Shown here piece by piece: positions 48,606-57,429 of a DNA stretch of 64,000 nucleotides (within the stretch, counting starts at the first letter, position 1; every line of letters starts with the position of its first letter). Both the position numbers and the translations under genes were made by a program. Origin of the DNA: Candidatus Levybacteria bacterium RIFCSPHIGHO2_02_FULL_40_18 (GTDB lineage Bacteria; Patescibacteriota; Microgenomatia; Levybacterales; GWA1-39-11); NCBI GenBank assembly GCA_001782235.1, contig MFOC01000003.1:47851-111850 (forward strand). Direction: 5' to 3'. The notes below the pieces were generated by a model. The model made no database searches and was not told where the DNA came from. It saw nothing but the letters and a program-made list of their open reading frames with translations.

Positions 48606-49418
48606 CTATTCAATCCTGCTCACGAGGTAGTTGTCGAAGACAAAGTTTGGAGTAGAGATACTCATATTTCTGCCCGGAACAATCAGTTGGTCTTCGCCCA
48701 GCACCCATTGACCGTTCAGATTCTTGACTTTCACCTTTGCCTCAACCTCGATTCTCATTCTCGGCTCTGCAATAATTGAAAACACTCCGCCTGAAGCTGC
48801 ATTCATAAGACTTGCTGTATCTATGCCGGTCTTATCGACTACCTCAAAAATTTTGTCCTCGCCGTCAAAATATGTATCCCCTATTTTTATAGCATCAAAT
48901 TCAAACGGATATGCATTACTTTTGATAAGACGAACGGTTTTTTCAGTCAATCTTTCTTCAAGCGGCTTACTGCTTAAACCGATAACCGTGCCGGTAACTT
49001 CGGCTTTTGGAAATTGGATTTCGATTGCCGAACCCACAGATAAGGCGGCCCTGTTAAAAGTGTAACTTCCTGTTTTTTGGTTGCCTGAAACCGCAAGTTT
49101 TAAGGTAAGATAAATGTCGAATTGGTCGCTTCCGTACCAGCGGTAAACCTTTTTTGAAAGGACTTCCGCCTCAGGGTTTCCTAAAAGGCCGAGCGCTACG
49201 TCTCCCTTATTTATCGCGTCAACCTGCCAAATTGAGGGTCGCTGTGTTTGGGCCCACCAAAGTCCCTGCCCTACCTTAACCTTTGCGTAAACATAGGTTG
49301 GTTTTGAAAGAAAAAGTCTCGCGCCAGCCACAAATCCTACGAACAAAATTGCGGCAAAAAAAATGACCAGAAAGGGGTTTTTACGTAAGAATCTTACAAC
49401 TTTTTTGAAATTCATCAA
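48606..49418 (-). CDS. Membrane-anchored hypothetical protein (DUF4330-like); its 3' end is repeated three more times in the window
   Basis: N-terminal TM helix, two internal beta repeats; ends SISTPNFVFDNYLVSRIE. Confidence 0.65.
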   Translation of the reverse strand: MMNFKKVVRFLRKNPFLVIFFAAILFVGFVAGARLFLSKPTYVYAKVKVGQGLWWAQTQRPSIWQVDAINKGDVALGLLGNPEAEVLSKKVYRWYGSDQFDIYLTLKLAVSGNQKTGSYTFNRAALSVGSAIEIQFPKAEVTGTVIGLSSKPLEERLTEKTVRLIKSNAYPFEFDAIKIGDTYFDGEDKIFEVVDKTGIDTASLMNAASGGVFSIIAEPRMRIEVEAKVKVKNLNGQWVLGEDQLIVPGRNMSISTPNFVFDNYLVSRIE

Positions 49419-49442
49419 TTGGTATTATAATATAATAAGGTG

Positions 49443-49592
49443 ATGGAGACAATAAAACAACTTGCGACGTTGATTAAAAAAACCGACAAAATATATATTA
49501 TTCCCGTGATTCTCTTTTTGATAATAATTGCTCTCCTTATAATTAGCGCGAGTATCTCTCCTGTCCCGGTATTTATTTATCCTTTGATTTAA
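49443..49592 (+). CDS. DUF5989-like small membrane protein (not in the ORF track)
   Basis: 49 aa ending PVFIYPLI; TAATG overlap; typical neighbour of carbamoyltransferases. Confidence 0.7.
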   Translation: METIKQLATLIKKTDKIYIIPVILFLIIIALLIISASISPVPVFIYPLI

Positions 49593-49792
49593 TGGGACAA
49601 CAACTCATATTTTTAAAACGAGCTAACAAAATCTTAAACAGGACTTTTGTATCGATTATTCTTGTAATCTTCTATATCCTAATTATTGGAATTGCAAGAG
49701 TTATTTACACAATTTCGCAAAACAAAAGCGCAAGACAAACCACTTACTGGCAGGAGTCAAAAAAGCGTATAAACCTTGCCTCCGCGTACTAA
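49592..49792 (+). CDS. SxtJ-like small membrane protein
   Basis: N..ILVIFYILIIG...TYW. Confidence 0.6.
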   Translation: MGQQLIFLKRANKILNRTFVSIILVIFYILIIGIARVIYTISQNKSARQTTYWQESKKRINLASAY

Positions 49793-49793
49793 T

Positions 49794-51479
49794 ATGTATA
49801 TTTTGGGTATTTCTTCCTATTACCATGATAGCGCGGCGGCGCTTTTAAAAGACGGCAAAATTGTTGCGGCGGCTGAGGAGGAGCGCTTTACCAGAATAAA
49901 ACATGACAATTCTTTCCCCTCAAAAGCTATAGATTTTTGTCTTAAGAATGCGGGGATATCAAAAATCGATTTAGAGTACGTTGCTTATTATGAAAAGCCA
50001 TTGCTTAAGTTTGAACGTATACTCGAGACTTTTGTTGCAACATGGCCTTTTTCCCTCAAGCCTTTTATTAAAGCCATACAGGAGTGGCTTGGCGAGAAAA
50101 TAAAAGTTGAGCAAAAGATTAGAAAAAAGCTTGACTTTAAAGGCAAAATATACTTTGTCCCACATCACCTGTCTCACGCAGCTGCCGCTTTTTATCCCTC
50201 ACCTTTTAAAAAGTCGGCAATATTAACGGTAGACGGCGTTGGCGAATACCAAACTATAGGAATCTGGAAAGGAATGGGAAATAAAATAAAACCAATAAAG
50301 GAAATTAACTTCCCTCATTCTCTTGGGCTCTTATACTCAACTTTTACAGCATTTTTAGGATTTCGCGTGAATGATGATGAATACAAAGTTATGGGGATGG
50401 CAGCATACGGTAAGCCTTCCTTTAAAAACAGTATCTATGAATTAATTGATATAAAAGATGACGGTAGTCTTCAGCTCGATTTGTCATATTTTGGATATCG
50501 AGAGTCTTTTCAAATGTGGAATAAGAAGTTTGAGCAATTATTTGGAGAGCCGCGAAACTTAAAAGCACCAATAACACAGCGCCACAAAGACATAGCAGCA
50601 AGTATTCAAACCGTGACAGAGGAAATATATTTTAAGATCTTAAAAAACTTATATTTAACTTCGAAAATCAATAATTTATGTATTGGCGGAGGAGTTGCTC
50701 TTAACGCCCTTGCTAACGGCAAAATCTATAAAAATACGCCTTTCAAAAAGGTTTTCATACTTGGACCCTCAGGTGACAGCGGTGGAGCAGTGGGAAGCGC
50801 GCTTGAAGTCTACAATAGGCTCTCTAAAAAGGCAAAAAGACGCTTTATAACTCATTTAAAATTTGGCTCGAAATATAAAGATAACGAAATTGAAATGATT
50901 CTTAAAGCAAAAAAATTAACATATAAGAAGTGTTCCTCCAAAACGCTTATCAAAAAAACGGCTAAATTACTTTCAGAAGGCAGAATTATTGGATGGTTTC
51001 AGGACAGGATGGAGTTTGGACCAAGGGCGCTAGGCAGTCGATCCATTCTTTCTGCTCCCTTCCCCTTCTCCATGAAGGAAGAGGTTAATGTTGTCAAAAG
51101 AAGGGAACAATTTAGACCTTTTGCAGGTTCAATATTGTTAGAAAAAGCGGTTAATTACTTTAAAATCCCAAAAACCCAAAACGAATTCCCGTTTATGAAC
51201 TTTTGTTTTCCTGTTCGAGAAATAAAAATAAAAGATATTCCAGCAATAACGCATGAGGACAGAACCTGCCGCATTCAAACTGTAAGTAAAAACGATGGTG
51301 CTTATTATTCTTTGATTAGGGAATTCGAAAGGTTAACCAGCATTCCCGTTATACTCAATACAAGTTTTAATCTTCGCGGCGAACCAATAGTTGAGAATCC
51401 CGAACAAGCAATTAATGACTATACAAAGACAAAAATTGATTCTCTTGTAATAGGCAGTTTTATCGTGTATAAGAAATGA
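49794..51479 (+). CDS. Carbamoyltransferase (NodU/CmcH family)
   Basis: ILGIS.YYHDSAA, EEERFTR, HHLSHA, EFGPRALG.RSIL, LNTSFN. Confidence 0.95.
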   Translation: MYILGISSYYHDSAAALLKDGKIVAAAEEERFTRIKHDNSFPSKAIDFCLKNAGISKIDLEYVAYYEKPLLKFERILETFVATWPFSLKPFIKAIQEWLGEKIKVEQKIRKKLDFKGKIYFVPHHLSHAAAAFYPSPFKKSAILTVDGVGEYQTIGIWKGMGNKIKPIKEINFPHSLGLLYSTFTAFLGFRVNDDEYKVMGMAAYGKPSFKNSIYELIDIKDDGSLQLDLSYFGYRESFQMWNKKFEQLFGEPRNLKAPITQRHKDIAASIQTVTEEIYFKILKNLYLTSKINNLCIGGGVALNALANGKIYKNTPFKKVFILGPSGDSGGAVGSALEVYNRLSKKAKRRFITHLKFGSKYKDNEIEMILKAKKLTYKKCSSKTLIKKTAKLLSEGRIIGWFQDRMEFGPRALGSRSILSAPFPFSMKEEVNVVKRREQFRPFAGSILLEKAVNYFKIPKTQNEFPFMNFCFPVREIKIKDIPAITHEDRTCRIQTVSKNDGAYYSLIREFERLTSIPVILNTSFNLRGEPIVENPEQAINDYTKTKIDSLVIGSFIVYKK

Positions 51480-51483
51480 CAGG

Positions 51484-52077
51484 ATGCCCTATCTTCTTCA
51501 AAGAATTATTGCTCTTTTCTTTCTACTATTATCCACGCCACTTCTTGTACTGCTCTTTTTAGCCGTTAAATGGGATTCAAGTGGGCCTTTTATTTTTAAG
51601 CAAAAACGCGCAGGAAAGAACAAAAAACCTTTTACTATGTACAAGATTCGGACAATGGTTGAAGGGGCTGAAAAGCTTCAATCGAGGTACGCGAAACTAA
51701 ATGAAGCAAGCGGGCCGGTTTTTAAAATTCGAAATGATCCGCGCTACACAAGGGTCGGAAAAATCTTAGCTCGAATCGCAATCGATGAACTCCCTCAGCT
51801 TTGGAATGTGGTCAAGGGTGAAATGGCGCTTGTCGGACCCCGCCCCCTTCCTTTATACGAGGCGAACAAAGTTCCGAAGAAATTCGAACAAAGGTTCTCA
51901 GTTCTTCCCGGAATGACCTCACCTTGGATCATTAAGGGTGGTCATGGTTTGAAATTCGATCAATGGATGAAGCTCGATTTGGAGTATGTAAAGAAAAAAT
52001 CCCTTTTATTTGAGCTTAAAATTCTTGCGCAGACAGCATTATTAATAATAAGGGTCGCAATGAATTCGGGGCGATGA
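51484..52077 (+). CDS. Priming sugar (phosphoglycosyl) transferase
   Basis: FKQKRAG, YKIRTM, DPRYT, DELPQLWNV.KGEM.LVGPRP. Confidence 0.93.
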   Translation: MPYLLQRIIALFFLLLSTPLLVLLFLAVKWDSSGPFIFKQKRAGKNKKPFTMYKIRTMVEGAEKLQSRYAKLNEASGPVFKIRNDPRYTRVGKILARIAIDELPQLWNVVKGEMALVGPRPLPLYEANKVPKKFEQRFSVLPGMTSPWIIKGGHGLKFDQWMKLDLEYVKKKSLLFELKILAQTALLIIRVAMNSGR

Positions 52078-52087
52078 GACTTAGTTT

Positions 52088-52492
52088 CTAATTTTTCTTA
52101 TCTTCAAGCGGCGAAATATCTATCGATTGTTTTTGGTAAGAAAGTGCTACATCAAAATGATCAAAGAATCCTTTTTGGCCTAAGATACCATGCCCAAATT
52201 CACTTATCTCTGCAAAAATTACTTTGGCTACATAAGTCTTGTCACTTATTCTTATTTCTATCTCTCCCCAGAAACCCTTAACTTGCTTCTTGCCTACTCC
52301 GACAAACAGAATTCTATCCTTTTTTGATAGAGTTAAACCTAGTTTCTTGGCAATTTCTAAACTGAAAATGCAATAGTCAGCGCCGGAATCTATCAAGCCA
52401 GAATATAAAATAACGGTTGTAGAAGATTTAATAATTATGGGAATAATAGGTCTTCTAATTTTTGAAGTAATCTCAAGATATGAAAAAGTCAT
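52088..52492 (-). CDS. Retropepsin-like aspartyl protease
   Basis: RPIIP, LIDSGAD, GILGQKGFF. Confidence 0.8.
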   Translation of the reverse strand: MTFSYLEITSKIRRPIIPIIIKSSTTVILYSGLIDSGADYCIFSLEIAKKLGLTLSKKDRILFVGVGKKQVKGFWGEIEIRISDKTYVAKVIFAEISEFGHGILGQKGFFDHFDVALSYQKQSIDISPLEDKKN

Positions 52493-52701
52493 TTACTGAA
52501 AGCAAAGGGGCCAACTATGGGGAGGACCTTCTTTGGTATCTGAGTCACCAGAGGCAGATCAAAACCCTTTTCTTTTGCCTTTTTTAAAACTTCATCGAGA
52601 GTTTTGGATGAGGCAACAACCTTATTACTATTTGGTCCCGCCAAAGCTACCCACTTACCTTTATAATCTCTATACACTTTTTTCATGTCAACCGTTTTCA
52701 T
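52489..52701 (-). CDS. DUF5678-like small protein
   Basis: YKGKWVAL...VVASS.TL..V...A. Confidence 0.75.
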   Translation of the reverse strand: MKTVDMKKVYRDYKGKWVALAGPNSNKVVASSKTLDEVLKKAKEKGFDLPLVTQIPKKVLPIVGPFAFSK

Positions 52702-52868
52702 GTTTAATTTTATTATAGCAGACACTTTACTTCCGTTCAAGGGAAAATCTCCGGTATTGCATAATGAATTTCAACTATTTTGATTTAATAAATCTCTGTG
52801 GTATGATATTGCAAATCTCGCCGAAGCTCACATAGCAAAGGCGGACTAAAATCTCCCGAATTTAAAAA

Positions 52869-53672
52869 ATGGATGAAATTTACGTAAATATAGCCGATTT
52901 CAATATACTAATCAAAATCCAGCCGCAGGAAACTACCAACAATCCGCCTTACGATTTCATCAGAAACAGACTGTTAACCGATTTGGTTTCTTATTTAGGT
53001 CAATTTATAATTTTAGAAAAGCCTGGAAAAGTTGATTTTGAAATTAATTTTATTGAAGCATGGAACTTACAAATACTGCGAGTCAAAAGTGACAATATCA
53101 GTTACATTCCTCTTTATGAAGAAATTTCGTCGTCTAAGTTTTTAACCTATTTTTTAAACAGCATCTATCAATTCCAGTTAATCTTAAAATACGCTGTCCA
53201 TGAACTTTTGGACAAATCCAGTGGGTTTTTAATCCACTCTTCCGCCGTCAAAATCAACAACAAGGCTTACTTCTTCTTAGGCAAGTCTGCGGCTGGTAAA
53301 TCGACCATTGCCACAATGCTTGCTGACAGATACCCAAAAATCGCAGATGATACAAGTCTTGTTAAAAAAGAGGGTAATCAATTTTTTTTCTACCAAACTC
53401 CATTTTTTGACAAAAATTGGGTCAATAAACACTCCGAGAGATTAAAAATGGGCAAAATGTTTTTTTTAAAAAAAGCCAATTTCTTTAAAGTAGAGAAAAT
53501 CGAAGATAAAGAGCAAATTCTCAACTATTTCTTGAAGGGTTATGTCGTTAACCTCAACAAAATCTCAACCAAAAATGTACTAAAATTTGTCAATAAATTC
53601 GACAACTTCTACATGCTTTACTTTGCAAAAAACCCGGAGAAAACAATAAGACTAATTGAATCCCTTAAATGA
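52869..53672 (+). CDS. HprK-related kinase
   Basis: LIHSSAV, GKSAAGKST P-loop, IADD, QTPF. Confidence 0.82.
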   Translation: MDEIYVNIADFNILIKIQPQETTNNPPYDFIRNRLLTDLVSYLGQFIILEKPGKVDFEINFIEAWNLQILRVKSDNISYIPLYEEISSSKFLTYFLNSIYQFQLILKYAVHELLDKSSGFLIHSSAVKINNKAYFFLGKSAAGKSTIATMLADRYPKIADDTSLVKKEGNQFFFYQTPFFDKNWVNKHSERLKMGKMFFLKKANFFKVEKIEDKEQILNYFLKGYVVNLNKISTKNVLKFVNKFDNFYMLYFAKNPEKTIRLIESLK

Positions 53673-53920
53673 TCAAACTCAAAAAAGGCATAGTCTCTCA
53701 AAAAGTCGGTCAAAAAACCACCATTTTTGACGGCGAGAAGTCAGTTCTTTATACTTTTAACGAAACGGCATCATTCATATTTGACCAGCTCAAAAAAGAG
53801 GCAAAATTGGAAAAAATTGTAGATTTGATGGCAAAAAAATTTAATGTCAAAAAAGAGACTGCAAAAAACGACGTTGAAGAATTTGTCAAAACCTTAAAAG
53901 CTAAAAAAATTGTTTCCTAG
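53669..53920 (+). CDS. PqqD family / RiPP recognition element (RRE)
   Basis: LYTFNETASFIFDQL...IVDLMAKKFNV...DVEEFVKTL. Confidence 0.9.
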   Translation: MIKLKKGIVSQKVGQKTTIFDGEKSVLYTFNETASFIFDQLKKEAKLEKIVDLMAKKFNVKKETAKNDVEEFVKTLKAKKIVS

Positions 53921-55362
53921 TAGCCGATTGACCTAAGATCACCTGCGCTGTCATCTTCGGTAGAAAACTGTCCGGGTACTTCATTGCTCTTCCATTCAAT
54001 TGGCAGGTTGTAATCGGAAAGATATTCTAAAAGGTCATCCCGGAGTTTTCCCAGTTCCTTTGTCCTTTCGCCGGCCAAATTTTTTGTCTCGTTGGGATCG
54101 GCCACAAGGTCATACAGCTCTTCGTGCCAACTTTCAAGAAGACAGGACTGCGGCAAGGAATAGATATACTTTAAATTGTCCCTGACAATTGCAAACTTGG
54201 AAAAATAGCTGTTGGCAAAAATAGCCCTTTTTCTGGGCGCCGGTATTATTTTGGAGAATTTACCGAATTGTCCTGCAAAACTCTTTCCGTCGAAACTGCC
54301 CTTTTTATAATCAATGCCCAGAAAATCCAAAATGGTCGGCAAAATGTCAACATCTTGTATCAAAACGTCTGATTTTTCCCCCGATCTGCCCTTGGCTGGA
54401 TCAAAAATTATAAGCGGAATCTTGATCGATGAATCGTAAAGAACCTGCCTGTGGTTGAAATAATAGTTGTGATCAAATCCTTCTCCGTGGTCGCCGTATA
54501 AAACCACCAGGGTGTTTTTATCAAGACCCAGCTCTTTAAGATTATCCAAAATTTTACCTACCAGTCTGTCGGCCGCAGCAACCTCGCCATCGTAAAGAGC
54601 CTCCATAAGCTCTATCCTGTCTTGAGGAACCGGATTATTTTGGCAGGATTGATACTGGGCCCGAAGTTCTTCAAGTTCCTCAAGGTTTTTGCCAGAAATT
54701 TCATCGCAGAATTTACTGTTAAATTTGCACCTCAAACCCCCGGGGGCAAAGTAGGGTGCGTGGGGATCGACAAGATGCACCCAGAGAAAAAACCGCCCTC
54801 CATCCTTGCTGCTTTTCAAAATGTCGGCAGAACTTAAAATAAATTTCTCGTAATCTGCCCTTTCGGTCATAGTAAACCTTTCGTTATATTCCGCCTTTGC
54901 GCCATTGTAGTAAAACGATTTGAACTCATGGGTATTGAATACCTCAAACCCCTGATCCAAAGCACTGCCGATGGTGGAATAACCCGCGGTAAAAAACCCG
55001 TTTTGGGCAAGAATACTTGTCAAAGTTTTGTTGTTCTCACTGACCAGAAGACCTGAATTTGAAATAATTCTGGTCTTTGCCGGATCCTTGCCGGTAAAAA
55101 GAGCCGCCATCGAAGGATGAGTCATGGGAACGGCTGTAGCGGCGTTGGTAAAGACTGCTGCGCTTTTTGCCCACTTGTCAATATTGGGAGTCGTATCTTT
55201 TCCATAGCCATATACGCCCATATGGTCAGGGCGTAGGGTATCAATTGAAATTAGAAGAAGATTTTTAGGGTGAGTTGGGGTAAATACGAATTTCCAAACG
55301 AGAGCGAGAAACAAAAAAAGTGTTGAATATATTACTATCCGCCTAAATTTAACTTTGAGCAT
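53917..55362 (-). CDS. Membrane-anchored sulfatase-like enzyme (paralog of 29481)
   Basis: ISIDTLRPDH, MTHPS, PHAPY, GDHGE, LRSIGY. Confidence 0.87.
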   Translation of the reverse strand: MLKVKFRRIVIYSTLFLFLALVWKFVFTPTHPKNLLLISIDTLRPDHMGVYGYGKDTTPNIDKWAKSAAVFTNAATAVPMTHPSMAALFTGKDPAKTRIISNSGLLVSENNKTLTSILAQNGFFTAGYSTIGSALDQGFEVFNTHEFKSFYYNGAKAEYNERFTMTERADYEKFILSSADILKSSKDGGRFFLWVHLVDPHAPYFAPGGLRCKFNSKFCDEISGKNLEELEELRAQYQSCQNNPVPQDRIELMEALYDGEVAAADRLVGKILDNLKELGLDKNTLVVLYGDHGEGFDHNYYFNHRQVLYDSSIKIPLIIFDPAKGRSGEKSDVLIQDVDILPTILDFLGIDYKKGSFDGKSFAGQFGKFSKIIPAPRKRAIFANSYFSKFAIVRDNLKYIYSLPQSCLLESWHEELYDLVADPNETKNLAGERTKELGKLRDDLLEYLSDYNLPIEWKSNEVPGQFSTEDDSAGDLRSIGY

Positions 55363-55366
55363 AAAT

Positions 55367-56620
55367 TTATCTTACCATCTTTATGCTTTTTACGCGATTT
55401 AAGAAAACCCAAATTATCGTATAAATCACCTGTTTGTCTAAAAAAACCATTACCTTTCTAAAAAAGGGCTCCGGCGATAAATAGAATAAATTTTTAAAAC
55501 GCTCAATTCCCGAATTAATCCTTTGTTCTTCATCAAATATATTTAGCTTATAAAGCATTTTTCGAACTCTGGCAAAACTGCTATCAGGTCTAATGTCATT
55601 CAGAAAATCACGATCAAAATTTAGTCCGTAGTATTTTTGCAAGATAAGAAAAACAGGATATATGAAATTCATAAGCTTATATTCTTTAGCGAGTTTTGCA
55701 ATTTTAGAAAAATTTTGTTGTTCTTTTGAAATAATGCTCTTCATAAAATCATATCTATAAGCCCCTTTAAAATTATGATGGTAAAGATGAAGGGCTAGAT
55801 AAATTAATAAGTTTTCAGAAGAAAGAATTGGAAATTTATGACTCCAAACACTAACATCTCTTTTTTCTCTTAGAAATTTTCCACTTAAACTATTCAAAAG
55901 ACTCTGCGGGTAAAGAGCATTAAGTTCCCCAAGTTGTGTCATCATAAATACAACCTCAAGATGAATATCGAAAAAGATTGGAAATCCTTTAACTATTTTC
56001 AAGAAATTAACTTCCGGACTTTTATTTTTAAGTCTTCCCAGAGTCTCGGACAATGATGAGTCGAATTCTTTGAAGCCTAATTTTCGTAAAATCGTCTTTG
56101 CGCGAGAAAAAAATTTTGGGCTAATTAAAATGTCGCAGTCGGCATAAATGCGTCTCGGGTGCTTGCCCTCATGGTAAAGGTGGAGAGGCAGACCTTTGAG
56201 AAAAACGAATTTTATTCCTGTCTTCTCAAGCGTTCTTTTAACTTTTACTATTTCGCCAAAATATAGTGTTGATTGAATAAGATAAAGGTCGTCGATGCTA
56301 AATTCGTTCCTTCCCCTTTTTATTTTATATACAACACCGATTACGTTTTTTGGGTAAATCTTCCCATCGGAAGTTTGATTATTCTCCCCTTTTGTTATTA
56401 AGTACTTATCTGTTTTGTAAACCACTCTGTGGGTGAAGATCCTGTCGCCCTGCCTGCCGGCAGGCAGGCCTTTTCGCACGCAGACAATATCATTAACGGC
56501 AATTCTGTCAAATCGTTTTTTTGCAAGATAAACGACGTCGCCGTCCCAAAGTAGCGGGAACATACTCTCACCGTAAGTCTTAAACGCAGAAATCTTTGAA
56601 ATATTTGCAACCTTAATCAC
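55367..56620 (-). CDS. S26 signal-peptidase-like domain fused to an NTP_transf_5 nucleotidyltransferase
   Basis: GESMFP..GD, HRV, TKGENN..D; then FLKGLPL..R.YADCDILI, DIH, LALH. Confidence 0.85.
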   Translation of the reverse strand: MIKVANISKISAFKTYGESMFPLLWDGDVVYLAKKRFDRIAVNDIVCVRKGLPAGRQGDRIFTHRVVYKTDKYLITKGENNQTSDGKIYPKNVIGVVYKIKRGRNEFSIDDLYLIQSTLYFGEIVKVKRTLEKTGIKFVFLKGLPLHLYHEGKHPRRIYADCDILISPKFFSRAKTILRKLGFKEFDSSLSETLGRLKNKSPEVNFLKIVKGFPIFFDIHLEVVFMMTQLGELNALYPQSLLNSLSGKFLREKRDVSVWSHKFPILSSENLLIYLALHLYHHNFKGAYRYDFMKSIISKEQQNFSKIAKLAKEYKLMNFIYPVFLILQKYYGLNFDRDFLNDIRPDSSFARVRKMLYKLNIFDEEQRINSGIERFKNLFYLSPEPFFRKVMVFLDKQVIYTIIWVFLNRVKSIKMVR

Positions 56621-56687
56621 TAAGATATTTTAACACGCAGGCAAGCCCGTAATTGTTTCATGTTGTACTAAAGTCTTAAAGAAAAAT

Positions 56688-56891
56688 CTAGGAGGCACTA
56701 TTGGTCATAAGGCACAGAGCACAGGTGGTAGAACCACATGAGGCACAGGTGATAAGAGTGTTACATGAACCTTGCGCATACACAGACGATCCGAAGAGTT
56801 CTTCCGCTGAATCGATAAACCTGCTACTTAAAAAGAAGTTTATCTTGACTCTTTGCTCTTTTATCGCAGGCTTGCTGTATTTTTTTTTCAT
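56688..56891 (-). CDS. Candidate RiPP precursor B
   Basis: KKKYSKPAI leader motif; VYA|Q site; 28-aa core with 5 Cys, 5 Ser and 5 Thr. Confidence 0.82.
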   Translation of the reverse strand: MKKKYSKPAIKEQRVKINFFLSSRFIDSAEELFGSSVYAQGSCNTLITCASCGSTTCALCLMTNSAS

Positions 56892-57394
56892 AGTTTTATT
56901 ATCTCTATTTCAAGTCTATTGTATGATGGATCGGCAAACAAGTCAATTGTTTCCTCTATTATCAACTCATCTCCCGGCTTAAGGTCTGAAAAAATCATGG
57001 GAATATTCACTCCAAGTATTTTTTTATATATTTTAAGGGCTTCAAGATCCGTTTTTCTAAAAAGCATATAGATGCCAGAGCCGCTCTTGCCGCCAACAGG
57101 ACTAATGAATAAACCCTTTTCATACTCTAATCTCCCTTTTATTCCCGGAGTGCCTAATGCTTCCTTAACTATTCCTCTGTATTCACTTTTCACAACTGAC
57201 GAGGCTAAAATATCCTTATTGGCATTGAGGTAATTAAGAACACTGTAATTAATATCGCTTGATGAGACTCTACTGACTTGATTTTGCCGTGCGGCTTCCT
57301 TAGATGAGGGTTGATAGAGAAATAAATATCCAACTTCTATTATAGTAAGTATAAAAAGCGTGATTGAGACAGCAATTATAATTCTTGTTAACAC
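56888..57394 (-). CDS. Membrane-anchored hypothetical protein, translationally coupled to precursor B
   Basis: N-terminal TM helix; ATGA overlap at 56888-56891. Confidence 0.7.
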   Translation of the reverse strand: MLTRIIIAVSITLFILTIIEVGYLFLYQPSSKEAARQNQVSRVSSSDINYSVLNYLNANKDILASSVVKSEYRGIVKEALGTPGIKGRLEYEKGLFISPVGGKSGSGIYMLFRKTDLEALKIYKKILGVNIPMIFSDLKPGDELIIEETIDLFADPSYNRLEIEIIKL

Positions 57395-57429
57395 GTTGAT
57401 TCCAGTTTAGGACTTAGCGACTCTTGGTG

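Noticed and set aside
36864-48680. CRISPR array or classical integron
   Set aside because: The repeats are kilobases apart and encode protein ends; no cas or intI gene and no attC-like structure was recognised.
52869-56891. Lasso peptide cluster
   Set aside because: RRE, kinase, NTase and a YxxP leader are present, but there is no asparagine-synthetase-like cyclase or B2 protease in the window, and the core has no Asp/Glu acceptor.
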